Source: Oscillospiraceae bacterium (GTDB taxonomy: Bacteria; Bacteroidota; Bacteroidia; Bacteroidales; WCHB1-69). Taken from it: 64,000 nt of DNA. A model generated the notes under the pieces. The model had not been told where the DNA came from. It saw only the letters and a list, made by a program, of their open reading frames with translations, and did no database searches. Of this stretch, positions 34,191 through 42,808 are shown piece after piece; the stretch's first letter is position 1, and each line of letters opens with the position of its first letter. The DNA lies in NCBI GenBank assembly GCA_963620035.1, contig CAVEXN010000003.1, positions 36,374 through 100,373 of the forward strand, given 5' to 3'. The position numbers were made by a program, and so were the translations under genes.

Positions 34191-35277
34191 CGTATTCGCT
34201 CTGCGTGCTTTTTACTATATTGAAGAAAGGTCCTTTTATTCTTGAAAAGTAGTGATGCAGCATCCTGTTTTTCCCGAACATGAACTTCAACAGGAAAAAT
34301 CTGAACAGCGGCTTAGCGTGCTTGTTCATATTGTGCCGTTTCCTTAAAATATTATGGAGAAGGCGGTTATAGGAGGTGTCTTTTTGCTCATTCACTAAAC
34401 GCATTTCATAAATCAGCATATCCGTAATCGGTATCTGCACGGGGCATTCTGACTGGCAATTGCCACATAATGTAGTCTGTTTAAAAATAACTTGGCTTCT
34501 GTTGAAAACCGTAAGACAATTCTGCTTCACAATGCCGATAGGCTTAACTTCATTGTTTATAGCGTGCATAGGACAAACCTGTGTGCATCTTCCGCAATGG
34601 ATACAATAAAGCGACTGCCTGAGAAAAACATCTTGCATATAAGGTAGAACGTTCCCGGCATAAAGCAAAACTTTTATGGTAGTTTCATTTTTTGTATAGC
34701 CTAACGTTCCCGTAGTAAGAAACTCGTCCTTTGCGATGTTCTTGAAAGGAATGCGCAGGATTTTAATGTCCGTTATTTTATTGCAGCCGCTTTTCAGATG
34801 CAAGAAAAAGGAAATGTCCTCACACTTTTCTATCAATTGGTCGATGTTGACGACAACGATGATATGCTTGAATTGGTTGAAAAAGCGGCTTGAATGTCTG
34901 TTGAGAAAGATGAAAGAACCGTCTTCAATAACGGCAAAGTCTGCCTGGACGACAAGTGTATCTGCAGCTTCTCGTTCTTTAAGTTCTTCTAATTCAACAA
35001 TATTGATTATATCATTTTTTGTCTCTAATTGGTTTTGTATGTCGAGGCTGTCGATGCAGACTTTGTTGAACTTCTGCTGAGGGAGCATCTTGATGATTGA
35101 TTCCACCAATTGTTCCTCATTCTGAGCCCAATCGAGCGGTATGCCTTTGGGTGTCAGCTGTTTTTCTAAATCATAAAGATGTTTGTCGAGATGCTCAATC
35201 AGGGCGCGGCGGAGCTGGAAAGCCTTGTTACGGCTGTCATTGAAATCGTTAAAACAAGAATCGTTCCCGAACACCAT
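34183..35277 (-). CDS. LUD-domain / 2x[4Fe-4S] protein (LutB-like)
   Basis: 364 aa with 'CIHCGRCTQVCP' and 'CGNCQSECP'. Overlaps the downstream gene by 8 nt. Confidence 0.6.
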   Translation of the reverse strand: MVFGNDSCFNDFNDSRNKAFQLRRALIEHLDKHLYDLEKQLTPKGIPLDWAQNEEQLVESIIKMLPQQKFNKVCIDSLDIQNQLETKNDIINIVELEELKEREAADTLVVQADFAVIEDGSFIFLNRHSSRFFNQFKHIIVVVNIDQLIEKCEDISFFLHLKSGCNKITDIKILRIPFKNIAKDEFLTTGTLGYTKNETTIKVLLYAGNVLPYMQDVFLRQSLYCIHCGRCTQVCPMHAINNEVKPIGIVKQNCLTVFNRSQVIFKQTTLCGNCQSECPVQIPITDMLIYEMRLVNEQKDTSYNRLLHNILRKRHNMNKHAKPLFRFFLLKFMFGKNRMLHHYFSRIKGPFFNIVKSTQSEYDE

Positions 35278-35282
35278 AGCGA

Positions 35283-35711
35283 CTACTTAAGATTTATCTT
35301 TTGGATCCTGCCGAGATGTCTTCCTCCCTCAAAAGCAGTTTTGAAAAAAGTTTCCGTAATATCCATGGCCTCTTCTTCGGAAATGAAGCGGGCGGGCATC
35401 ACCAAAATGTTGGCATTGTTGTGTCTGCGTACCAACGCTGCTATTTCGGGCGACCAGCATAGACCTGCGCGGACGTTCGGGTATTTGTTGGCAGTCATGG
35501 CCATCCCGTTGCCTGTGCCGCATATCAGGATGCCCAGTTGTTCTGGATTATCAGAAACTATGCGGGCCAACGGATGCGCAAAATCAGGATAATCGACACT
35601 GTCTGCACTATGCGTCCCAAAATCCTCGAACTCCATCCGGTCTGAAAACCTGCTTTTCAACTGCTCCTTCAAAGCATAACCGGCATGGTCTGATGCGATA
35701 ACTACTCTCAT
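35283..35711 (-). CDS. rpiB: Ribose-5-phosphate isomerase B
   Basis: 142 aa with 'VIASDHAGYALK' and 'CGTGNGMAMTANK'. Confidence 0.92.
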   Translation of the reverse strand: MRVVIASDHAGYALKEQLKSRFSDRMEFEDFGTHSADSVDYPDFAHPLARIVSDNPEQLGILICGTGNGMAMTANKYPNVRAGLCWSPEIAALVRRHNNANILVMPARFISEEEAMDITETFFKTAFEGGRHLGRIQKINLK

Positions 35712-36094
35712 GTTAATCTATTTTATTGAAGAGGGCAAAAATACATTTTTTATCCGTGTAGCGAAACAGTTTTTTGCTTCAGCTTTCATAGTTTTCTTAT
35801 ATTTCCTTTTAAAATTTAAAAGAAAAAAATCATAATAATCCTGTTGATTTCGTTTGTATCTTTTCGCCTCACCCCTTGAAAAAGTGACTTATCAAAAGTT
35901 GTAAACAGCATATTGACACTACGCCGCATACTAAAAACCTCATTTTCAGTATTACCCGTTTTTTGTGTTTATCCTTTCATTTATTATCAGTTCATTTTTT
36001 ATTTTGAGACTATGTGGATAAAGGCTGTTCAAAATCGAACTTAAGACGGGTATATTTAGTGATAACTTTTTCAGTCGTCAATTTTGAACAATAA

Positions 36095-36140
36095 TATAAA
36101 ACGGCCAGAGAGTGTTTTTTTCATAAAAAGCCGTTTTATA
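36095..36140. other. 11-bp stem (TATAAAACGGC / GCCGTTTTATA) with a 24-nt loop in a long AT-rich spacer
   Basis: Read from the sequence. Confidence 0.4.
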
Positions 36141-36239
36141 AACAATATAATGTTTACAACAACTCAAATAACTGAATATGAGTACGCCCCATATACAGCA
36201 CTACAGTAGATGATGATGATAAGCGGCATTTTATATAAT

Positions 36240-36269
36240 CGCTTATCCATGGATAAGCGTTTTTTTTTT
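36240..36269 (+). terminator. Intrinsic terminator (20-nt perfect palindrome plus T10) with an upstream alternative pairing partner
   Basis: CGCTTATCCATGGATAAGCG is followed by TTTTTTTTTT. GATAAGCG at 36218-36225 can pair with CGCTTATC at 36240-36247 instead. Confidence 0.6.
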
Positions 36270-36303
36270 GTATGGTTATCCTATAATTTCTATTTTTGCG
36301 CCT

Positions 36304-37086
36304 ATGAAAAAAACGACCTTGACAATGTGCTTTCTTTTTCTTTTCCTTATAGGAAAAGGACAGCAGAAGCCATTTTCGGCCAGGGTTTTCGACGGCATCA
36401 CTTTTCAGCCTTTGGCAGGTGTGAGTGTCTATAATATGAATACCGGAAAATTCTCATTTACAGACAAGGACGGGCGTTTTTCAGCGCAAGTGTCGATGCA
36501 CGACACTTTGGTGCTGTCTAAATCCATATACCGTCAACATTTGGTTGAAGTGACGGATAATCTGCTGAACGGAATGGCGGACCTCTTTCTATACTATAAA
36601 GTGACCATGCTTAAAGAGGTGAGGATTTTGGCCATCAATCCTTCTTATGAGGGGTTCAAGCAGGACATCGTGCAGATGCAGTTGCCTGATTATTACATGC
36701 GGGTGCAGGATGTGCATCTTTCTGACTTCGAAAAAGCGAACGCTTCCTATAAAGAAAACGGCAACATTCTTTCGTTGGGCGGCTCCGTCGCCACATCACC
36801 CATCACTTTCCTCTATGATAAATTCAGCCGCAAAAGCAAGATGAGCCGGCTTTACAATGAGATGCTCTCTTACGAGGAAGAGGTGGAGCGCGTGCAGGAC
36901 AAATATAACCGCATTGTTGTGAAAGAACTAACAGGGCTCGACGGTCAGGAACTGCTTGATTTTATGATGTATTGTCGTTTCAGCTACTACGACCTCGTGC
37001 GGTGGAGCGACGAGGAGATAAAGGCCCGTATAAAGAACAGGTTGCTTGAATATCAGTACAATAAAATCAAAGATGCCGGATATTAA
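36304..37086 (+). CDS. Carboxypeptidase-regulatory-like domain protein (secreted, function unknown)
   Basis: Signal 'MKKTTLTMCFLFLFLIGKG', then 'ARVFDGITFQPLAGVSVYNMNTGKFSFTDKDGRFS', which is typical of the CarbopepD_reg fold. Confidence 0.6.
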   Translation: MKKTTLTMCFLFLFLIGKGQQKPFSARVFDGITFQPLAGVSVYNMNTGKFSFTDKDGRFSAQVSMHDTLVLSKSIYRQHLVEVTDNLLNGMADLFLYYKVTMLKEVRILAINPSYEGFKQDIVQMQLPDYYMRVQDVHLSDFEKANASYKENGNILSLGGSVATSPITFLYDKFSRKSKMSRLYNEMLSYEEEVERVQDKYNRIVVKELTGLDGQELLDFMMYCRFSYYDLVRWSDEEIKARIKNRLLEYQYNKIKDAGY

Positions 37087-37309
37087 CAGTTTTCTGAATA
37101 AGAATTTCAACAAGTTCCATATCATAGGAATGTTTGCGGGGGTTACGCTTTCGCTCCTATATTGGTTCAAATCCGGTCAATTCTCCGACAATCCTCTAAA
37201 AAAAAGCATTGTCTTGATATGCGTTTGGGGACTTTGTGTCGGTTATATTACCTTTGATTTCATATTCAATGCCAAAAACAGGAACAACCGCAATCAGAAT
37301 GAAAAATAG
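37073..37309 (+). CDS. Small two-TM membrane protein (hypothetical)
   Basis: The ATG at 37073 overlaps the upstream gene end by 14 nt. Hydrophobic stretches 'IIGMFAGVTLSLLYWF' and 'IVLICVWGLCVGYITF'. Confidence 0.35.
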   Translation: MPDINSFLNKNFNKFHIIGMFAGVTLSLLYWFKSGQFSDNPLKKSIVLICVWGLCVGYITFDFIFNAKNRNNRNQNEK

Positions 37310-37366
37310 TTTATTTTTGCGGTTTTGTAAAATAGAATACTTGAATAACTATAAATTAATTTAATT

Positions 37367-38845
37367 ATGACAGAAAATTTACAAAAAATGATGAACGACA
37401 ATTTCGCCGTTCGTTGGATTGCCTTGATCCTGATTGCCCTGATGATGTTTTTCGCCTACATGTTTGTAGATGTGATGTCCCCATTGCAGACGTTGATAGA
37501 GCAGAGCCGCGGATGGAATCCGAACTCTTTTGGTACTTACGCTGCCTCGGAGTACATTCTTAATGTATGCGGCTTCCTCATTTTAGCCGGTATCATTCTC
37601 GACAAATGCGGCATCCGTTTTACAGGGACGCTGTCCGCATCGCTGATGGTTGTTGGCGCTTGCATCAAGTTCATTGGCGTGAGTGATTGGTTTCAGGCTA
37701 CCGCTTTCTGCGGTTGGCTCAATTCATGGTGGGTAGCCCTCCCGGGTTCCGCCAAAATGGCCTGCCTCGGATTTATGGTATTCGGATGCGGCTGCGAGAT
37801 GGCCGGCATCACGGTTTCAAAGTCGATAGCAAAATGGTTTAAAGGCAAGGAGATGGCTTTGGCTATGGGTGTAGAGATGGCCATAGCCCGTTTAGGCGTG
37901 TTTGCCGTTCTCTCCCTTTCCCCTTTCATTGCCAATAAGTTCAATGGCGCAGTTGACAAACCGGTGCTGTTCTGCACTGTGCTCCTCATTATCGGACTCA
38001 TCAACTTCATCGTTTTCAGCCTTATGGACAACAAGTTCGACAAGCAACTGAGAGCAAACGCAATGAATGTTTCCGAAGATTCTTCCGAAGACGAGTTCCA
38101 TATCAGTGACCTGAAAGCCATTTTCACCAGCAAGATGTTCTGGATTATCGCGCTGCTTTGCGTGCTTTACTATTCCGCCATCTTCCCGTTCCAGAGATAT
38201 GCCACAAACTTTCTGGAATGTACATTGAAAATAGAGTCGAGTGAAGCCGCCAACCTTTTCCGTTGGTTCCCGATTTTGGCCATGGTGCTGACCCCGTTCC
38301 TCGGTTCTTTCATCGACTATAAGGGAAAAGGCGCTTCCATGCTTATGTACGGTGCGTTGATTATGATTATATGCCACCTTTCATTTGCATTCTTATTGCC
38401 GGTTTTTCCGTATAAATGGTTTGCCTTGCTGCTGATTGTCGTCTTAGGCGTCTCTTTCTCGTTGGTGCCCGCCTCGCTCTGGCCGAGTGTCCCGAAGGTG
38501 ATAGAGCCTAAAATTTTAGGCAGTGCCTATTCGCTGATTTTCTGGATTCAGAACGTTGGCCTTTGCTTTGTGCCTAAAATTATCGGAAACGTGCTCAACG
38601 CTTCCAACCCCGGCATTGCAGATGCCCGTTCAGCCGCATCAGAGGCTATTGCCAACGGAAGCCTCAGAGCCGATGTCTTGCACACTGAAACTTCCCTCCT
38701 CTACGATTACACCACATGTATGATTATTTTCGCTTCCTTTGGCGTAGTCGCTTTCATCATGGGTATTTGGTTGAAGATTGAGGACAAGCGCAAAGGATAC
38801 GGTCTTGAACTCCCTAATGTCAAGAAAGATAAAAAGTCTGAATAA
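37367..38845 (+). CDS. Major facilitator superfamily transporter
   Basis: 492 aa with about 12 hydrophobic segments and a central hydrophilic loop. Confidence 0.8.
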   Translation: MTENLQKMMNDNFAVRWIALILIALMMFFAYMFVDVMSPLQTLIEQSRGWNPNSFGTYAASEYILNVCGFLILAGIILDKCGIRFTGTLSASLMVVGACIKFIGVSDWFQATAFCGWLNSWWVALPGSAKMACLGFMVFGCGCEMAGITVSKSIAKWFKGKEMALAMGVEMAIARLGVFAVLSLSPFIANKFNGAVDKPVLFCTVLLIIGLINFIVFSLMDNKFDKQLRANAMNVSEDSSEDEFHISDLKAIFTSKMFWIIALLCVLYYSAIFPFQRYATNFLECTLKIESSEAANLFRWFPILAMVLTPFLGSFIDYKGKGASMLMYGALIMIICHLSFAFLLPVFPYKWFALLLIVVLGVSFSLVPASLWPSVPKVIEPKILGSAYSLIFWIQNVGLCFVPKIIGNVLNASNPGIADARSAASEAIANGSLRADVLHTETSLLYDYTTCMIIFASFGVVAFIMGIWLKIEDKRKGYGLELPNVKKDKKSE

Positions 38846-38896
38846 TTATTCGTGTCAGAAAATCAAAAATTTACAATAAAAATTCGATAAAGAAAA

Positions 38897-38934
38897 AGAG
38901 GGTGGTCTGTCCGGTTGATTGCCCTCTTTTTTTT
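38897..38934 (+). terminator. Intrinsic terminator after the MFS gene
   Basis: AGAGGG ... CCCTCT stem followed by T8. Confidence 0.6.
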
Positions 38935-38956
38935 GAATTCATAAATAAGCGAGACA

Positions 38957-39946
38957 ATGAGGAAAGTCTTTGTAACCGTCACCGTATTGATGCTCTTGGC
39001 AGCGGTTGGCACCTTGTGGTTTGCCAAGGCTCAAGTGTCCGGAACCCGGGAACAGAAGCCGGCATACTATGAAAACACGGTAACCTCTCCCCCACTCCCC
39101 GACACTTTGTCATTTGCCGGTGAAAAGGTGCCATTAGACAAATATTGGGTTTATGAGGCATTGGACAGGGAACTCATTATCAACTGCTATCAACACTCCA
39201 AGACTTTGAGGATTTTCAAGCTTTCATCGCGCATTTTCCCTGTTATAGAGCAGATTCTGGAAGAAGAGGGCGTTCCGGAAGATTTCAAATACTTGTGTGT
39301 GGCCGAAAGCGGTCTTGAGAATGTAACCTCGCCGGCCGCTGCCGGCGGGTATTGGCAGTTCATTCCCGCCACGGCTCGGAAATACGGCCTGGTGGTCAGC
39401 GATGAAATAGACGAGCGCTGCAATCTCGAGAAATCGACCAGGGCTGCGTGCCGCCATCTTAAAAGCTGCAAAGCACAGTTTGGAAGCTGGGCTCTTGCCG
39501 CCGCCGCGTACAACCGGGGAGAGGGAGGCCTGCAGAAAGCCTTGAGCAGCCAGCAGACGGACAACTACTGGGACCTTTGGCTCAACAGCGAAACGTCGCG
39601 TTATCTATTCCGCATCCTTGCGTTCAAACTGATTTTTGAAAACCCACAGGCCTACGGCATACGGATATGCCCTGCCGAAATGTACCAACCGGTACCCTGC
39701 CGCGATACAATTGTCACGGCTTCTATCCTTGACTTGACAGTGTTTTCCCGTCAATTGAACGCCACCTACCGTGAAATCCGGGACTTGAACCCGTGGATCA
39801 AGAGTCAGAGACTCCTCGTTGCAGGTGGAAAATCCTATACATTGAAGATTCCGGACACTACACAGGGCGTATTCAGAACCCGTTTGCAGCAAATAAACAA
39901 TCCCTATTTGCTTCTCGGAAAACGCTCTGCGGAAAGTGGAAACTGA
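38957..39946 (+). CDS. Lytic transglycosylase (SLT domain) protein
   Basis: 'CVAESGLENVTSPAAAGGYWQF' and 'AAYNRGEGGL'. Confidence 0.8.
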   Translation: MRKVFVTVTVLMLLAAVGTLWFAKAQVSGTREQKPAYYENTVTSPPLPDTLSFAGEKVPLDKYWVYEALDRELIINCYQHSKTLRIFKLSSRIFPVIEQILEEEGVPEDFKYLCVAESGLENVTSPAAAGGYWQFIPATARKYGLVVSDEIDERCNLEKSTRAACRHLKSCKAQFGSWALAAAAYNRGEGGLQKALSSQQTDNYWDLWLNSETSRYLFRILAFKLIFENPQAYGIRICPAEMYQPVPCRDTIVTASILDLTVFSRQLNATYREIRDLNPWIKSQRLLVAGGKSYTLKIPDTTQGVFRTRLQQINNPYLLLGKRSAESGN

Positions 39947-39998
39947 ACCTGTAATCCAGTTCACGTAAAAAAAACCGGCATCAGACGGCTAATTTTTG

Positions 39999-40006
39999 TA
40001 CTTTTG
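39999..40006 (+). promoter_or_regulatory. Candidate -7 box TACTTTTG
   Basis: Matches TAnnTTTG, 22 nt upstream of the GTG start at 40029. Confidence 0.45.
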
Positions 40007-40028
40007 CAAGTTTTATTAAGTAAAAAAA

Positions 40029-40988
40029 GTGAAAACTTTAGATGATCAATTCCGGCGGATTCTTGAAGGCAAAGAACCGCACAATTTGTATGACCCTATA
40101 AGATACATATTGCTTCAGGATGGCAAGCGCCTGCGTCCGCAGTTGGTGTCTTTAGCCGTCGAAATGTTGGGCGGCGACATGGAAAAGGCACGTCCTATAG
40201 CGATGGCCTTTGAAATGCTCCACAATTTCACGCTCATTCATGATGATATCATGGACGCTGCCCCGCTGCGCCGCGGAAAAGAGACGGTATATAAGAAATG
40301 GAACAGCAACATTGCCATCCTCTCCGGCGACGCCTTGGCCATTATGGCGTTTCAGCAATTGCTGAAACTGGACTGCGACAAGCAGACCATCATTGACATT
40401 GCAGAAGTCTTTTCTGCCACTTCGCTCGAAATCTGCGAGGGACAGCAGTATGATCTTGACTTCGAAACACAGACTCACGTCTCCATTGCCGACTATATCA
40501 AGATGATTCGCCTGAAAACGGCCGTCATGTTTGCCGGTTGCCTGAAAGCCGGCGCTTTATATATGTCGGCTGACGCAAAAAGCGCACAGGCTCTCTACGA
40601 CCTCGGCCTCAACCTCGGCATTGCTTTCCAACTGGAAGACGATGTGCTTGACGTTTATGCCGACACGCCGGCTTTTGGCAAAACCATCGGCGGCGACATC
40701 CGCGACAACAAAAAGACTTACCTCTACCTGAAAGCGCTTGAACTTGCCAACGAATCACAGAAAAAGCAACTGATAGAACTATTCGCCTCCCCCACCCTGC
40801 ATTTTGAAAAAAAATTCAAAACAGTAAAGGATATTTACGACGAATTGGATGTAAGAGGTGAAACGGAGCATATGATTCGCTTTTATTCCGAAAAATGCCT
40901 ACGGAATATCGCTGACGTCAATACGGCAGAAGAAAATAAAGAAACATTCAGGCAATTGGTGGCCAAACTGATGCACCGAAGTAAGTAG
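40029..40988 (+). CDS. Polyprenyl diphosphate synthase (trans-IPPS family)
   Basis: First and second Asp-rich motifs 'LIHDDIMD' and 'QLEDDVLD'. GTG start. Confidence 0.85.
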   Translation: MKTLDDQFRRILEGKEPHNLYDPIRYILLQDGKRLRPQLVSLAVEMLGGDMEKARPIAMAFEMLHNFTLIHDDIMDAAPLRRGKETVYKKWNSNIAILSGDALAIMAFQQLLKLDCDKQTIIDIAEVFSATSLEICEGQQYDLDFETQTHVSIADYIKMIRLKTAVMFAGCLKAGALYMSADAKSAQALYDLGLNLGIAFQLEDDVLDVYADTPAFGKTIGGDIRDNKKTYLYLKALELANESQKKQLIELFASPTLHFEKKFKTVKDIYDELDVRGETEHMIRFYSEKCLRNIADVNTAEENKETFRQLVAKLMHRSK

Positions 40989-40997
40989 CGTAAAGGC

Positions 40998-42800
40998 ATG
41001 CTGACAAAGCGTCGTTACTATATCATCCTGGTTGCGCTCGGTCTGCTGACGCTTGTTTACCTGGTTTCTCTTTTCAATATACAGGTAATTAAGAAGTCAT
41101 ACAAGGAGAAAGCGAACAGGAACGCATTGCGCTACATAACAGAGCATCCGGCGCGCGGACTCATTTACGACCGCAACGATTCGCTGTTAGTCTATAATGA
41201 TGCCGCCTACGACCTGATGGTGGTGCCTAACGAACTCAGCGAATTTGACACGGCTGAATTGTGCCGTGTACTTGACATTACCAAAGATATGGTTATTAGT
41301 CGGATAGAGAAAGCAAAACGATATTCAATGATTGTGCCTTCGCTTTTTGAACAGCAGATTTCAAAAGAGGACTACGGATTCTTGCAAGAAAAGATGTACG
41401 AGTTTGCGGGATTCTTTGTGCAGGAACGAACGCTCCGGCACTACCCCAACCCCATTGCCGCGCATATTTTGGGATATGTCAGTGAGGTGGATGAGAATGA
41501 CATAGAAAAAGACGGTTATTATAACATGGGTGACTATATCGGCAAGAGCGGCATTGAAAAGGCCTACGAGCATCTGCTCAGGGGCGAAAAGGGCAAGCGT
41601 GTGGTGCTGGTAGATGCCCATAACCGCGAGGTGGGCAGTTATGACAACGGATCGCAAGACATAGTGGCCGTGCCCGGAACCTCCATCTGGAGTACGCTCG
41701 ATATGCAGTTGCAGCGCTATGGCGAAGAATTGATGAATAACAAAAGAGGCAGCATTGTCGCCATCGAACCCAAGACGGGCGAGATTCTATGCATCATATC
41801 CTCGCCAAGTTATGACCCTAATCTGCTGGTAGGCACGGCACGCCCTAAAAACTATAAAAAGTTGCTTGATGACCCCAACAAGCCAATCTTCAACCGTGCT
41901 TTGCAGGCCAGTTATCCGCCAGGTTCTACTTTCAAACTTGCTAACGGGCTTATAGCCTTGCAGGACGGCATCGTCAACACCAACACGATATATTCTTGCT
42001 CCGGCGGCGGTTACCACATCGGCAGCCACACGGTTCATTGTCACAACTGCGGCGGACTCAACATATACACGGCTATCCAGCGCTCATGCAACACCTATTT
42101 TTGCCGGGCTTATTACAATATCTTGTCCAACCGCCGTAAATACAAGAATATACAGGAGGCTTACACCGCATGGCTTGCCTATATGCAATCTATGGGCTTC
42201 GACCAGAAATATGATACCGACCTCCCCTACGAGACGAAAGGACGGATTCCCGAAGCCTCATACTTTGACAAGAAATACCGGGGTAGTTGGAACGGCAACA
42301 CGGTGGTCTCTATGGGCATTGGACAGGGTGAGGCTGCGGTAACGCCGTTGCAGATGGCCAATTTTCTGGCTGTCATAGCCAACAAAGGCTACTATATCAA
42401 GCCACACGTGGTGCGTGCAACGGGCACTAAAGACAATCTATATACAGCTTTTAACGAGAAAATCTATTCAGACATCGAGCCACGCCATTTTGAAACCGTC
42501 CTGGAGGGTATGAAATTGGTGGTGACGAGCGGCACCGGGCGCGGCGCAAAGATCGACGGCATCGAGGTGGCAGGAAAAACCGGCACGGCACAGAATCCCC
42601 ACGGCGCCGACCACTCCGTCTTTGCCCTGATAGCACCTGCCAATGACCCTGAAATTGTGATTTTCTGCTTGGTTGAAAACGGTGGTTTCGGGGCCTCCGT
42701 GGCCTGTCCTATCGCCAGCCTCATGGCCGAAAAGTACCTTACCGGTGAAGTCAAACGCGCAGACCTCGAAAAAAGGATGAAGGAAATGCACTTAAGATAA
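40998..42800 (+). CDS. mrdA: Penicillin-binding protein 2 (elongasome transpeptidase)
   Basis: 600 aa with 'GSTFK' (SxxK), 'SCN' (SxN) and 'KTGTA' (KTG). Sits upstream of rodA. Confidence 0.9.
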   Translation: MLTKRRYYIILVALGLLTLVYLVSLFNIQVIKKSYKEKANRNALRYITEHPARGLIYDRNDSLLVYNDAAYDLMVVPNELSEFDTAELCRVLDITKDMVISRIEKAKRYSMIVPSLFEQQISKEDYGFLQEKMYEFAGFFVQERTLRHYPNPIAAHILGYVSEVDENDIEKDGYYNMGDYIGKSGIEKAYEHLLRGEKGKRVVLVDAHNREVGSYDNGSQDIVAVPGTSIWSTLDMQLQRYGEELMNNKRGSIVAIEPKTGEILCIISSPSYDPNLLVGTARPKNYKKLLDDPNKPIFNRALQASYPPGSTFKLANGLIALQDGIVNTNTIYSCSGGGYHIGSHTVHCHNCGGLNIYTAIQRSCNTYFCRAYYNILSNRRKYKNIQEAYTAWLAYMQSMGFDQKYDTDLPYETKGRIPEASYFDKKYRGSWNGNTVVSMGIGQGEAAVTPLQMANFLAVIANKGYYIKPHVVRATGTKDNLYTAFNEKIYSDIEPRHFETVLEGMKLVVTSGTGRGAKIDGIEVAGKTGTAQNPHGADHSVFALIAPANDPEIVIFCLVENGGFGASVACPIASLMAEKYLTGEVKRADLEKRMKEMHLR

Positions 42801-42808
42801 TCTTAGAG

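Noticed and set aside
26954-35282. Classic tRNA-integrated genomic island (tRNA-Arg as attB)
   Set aside because: There is no integrase or recombinase in the block. I could not find a direct repeat of the tRNA 3' end (GGTTCGATTCCCAGCGAGACTA) near 24.1-24.7 kb or 35.2-36.3 kb. The low-GC DNA also extends on both sides of the tRNA.
36210-36434. 74-aa plus-strand ORF (MMMISGILYNRLSMDKRFFFVWLS...) spanning the terminator hairpin
   Set aside because: It overlaps the better-supported signal-peptide gene starting at 36304 in another frame. It runs through a T10 tract (the FFF codons) and has no homology features. The region is more likely RNA structure than coding sequence.
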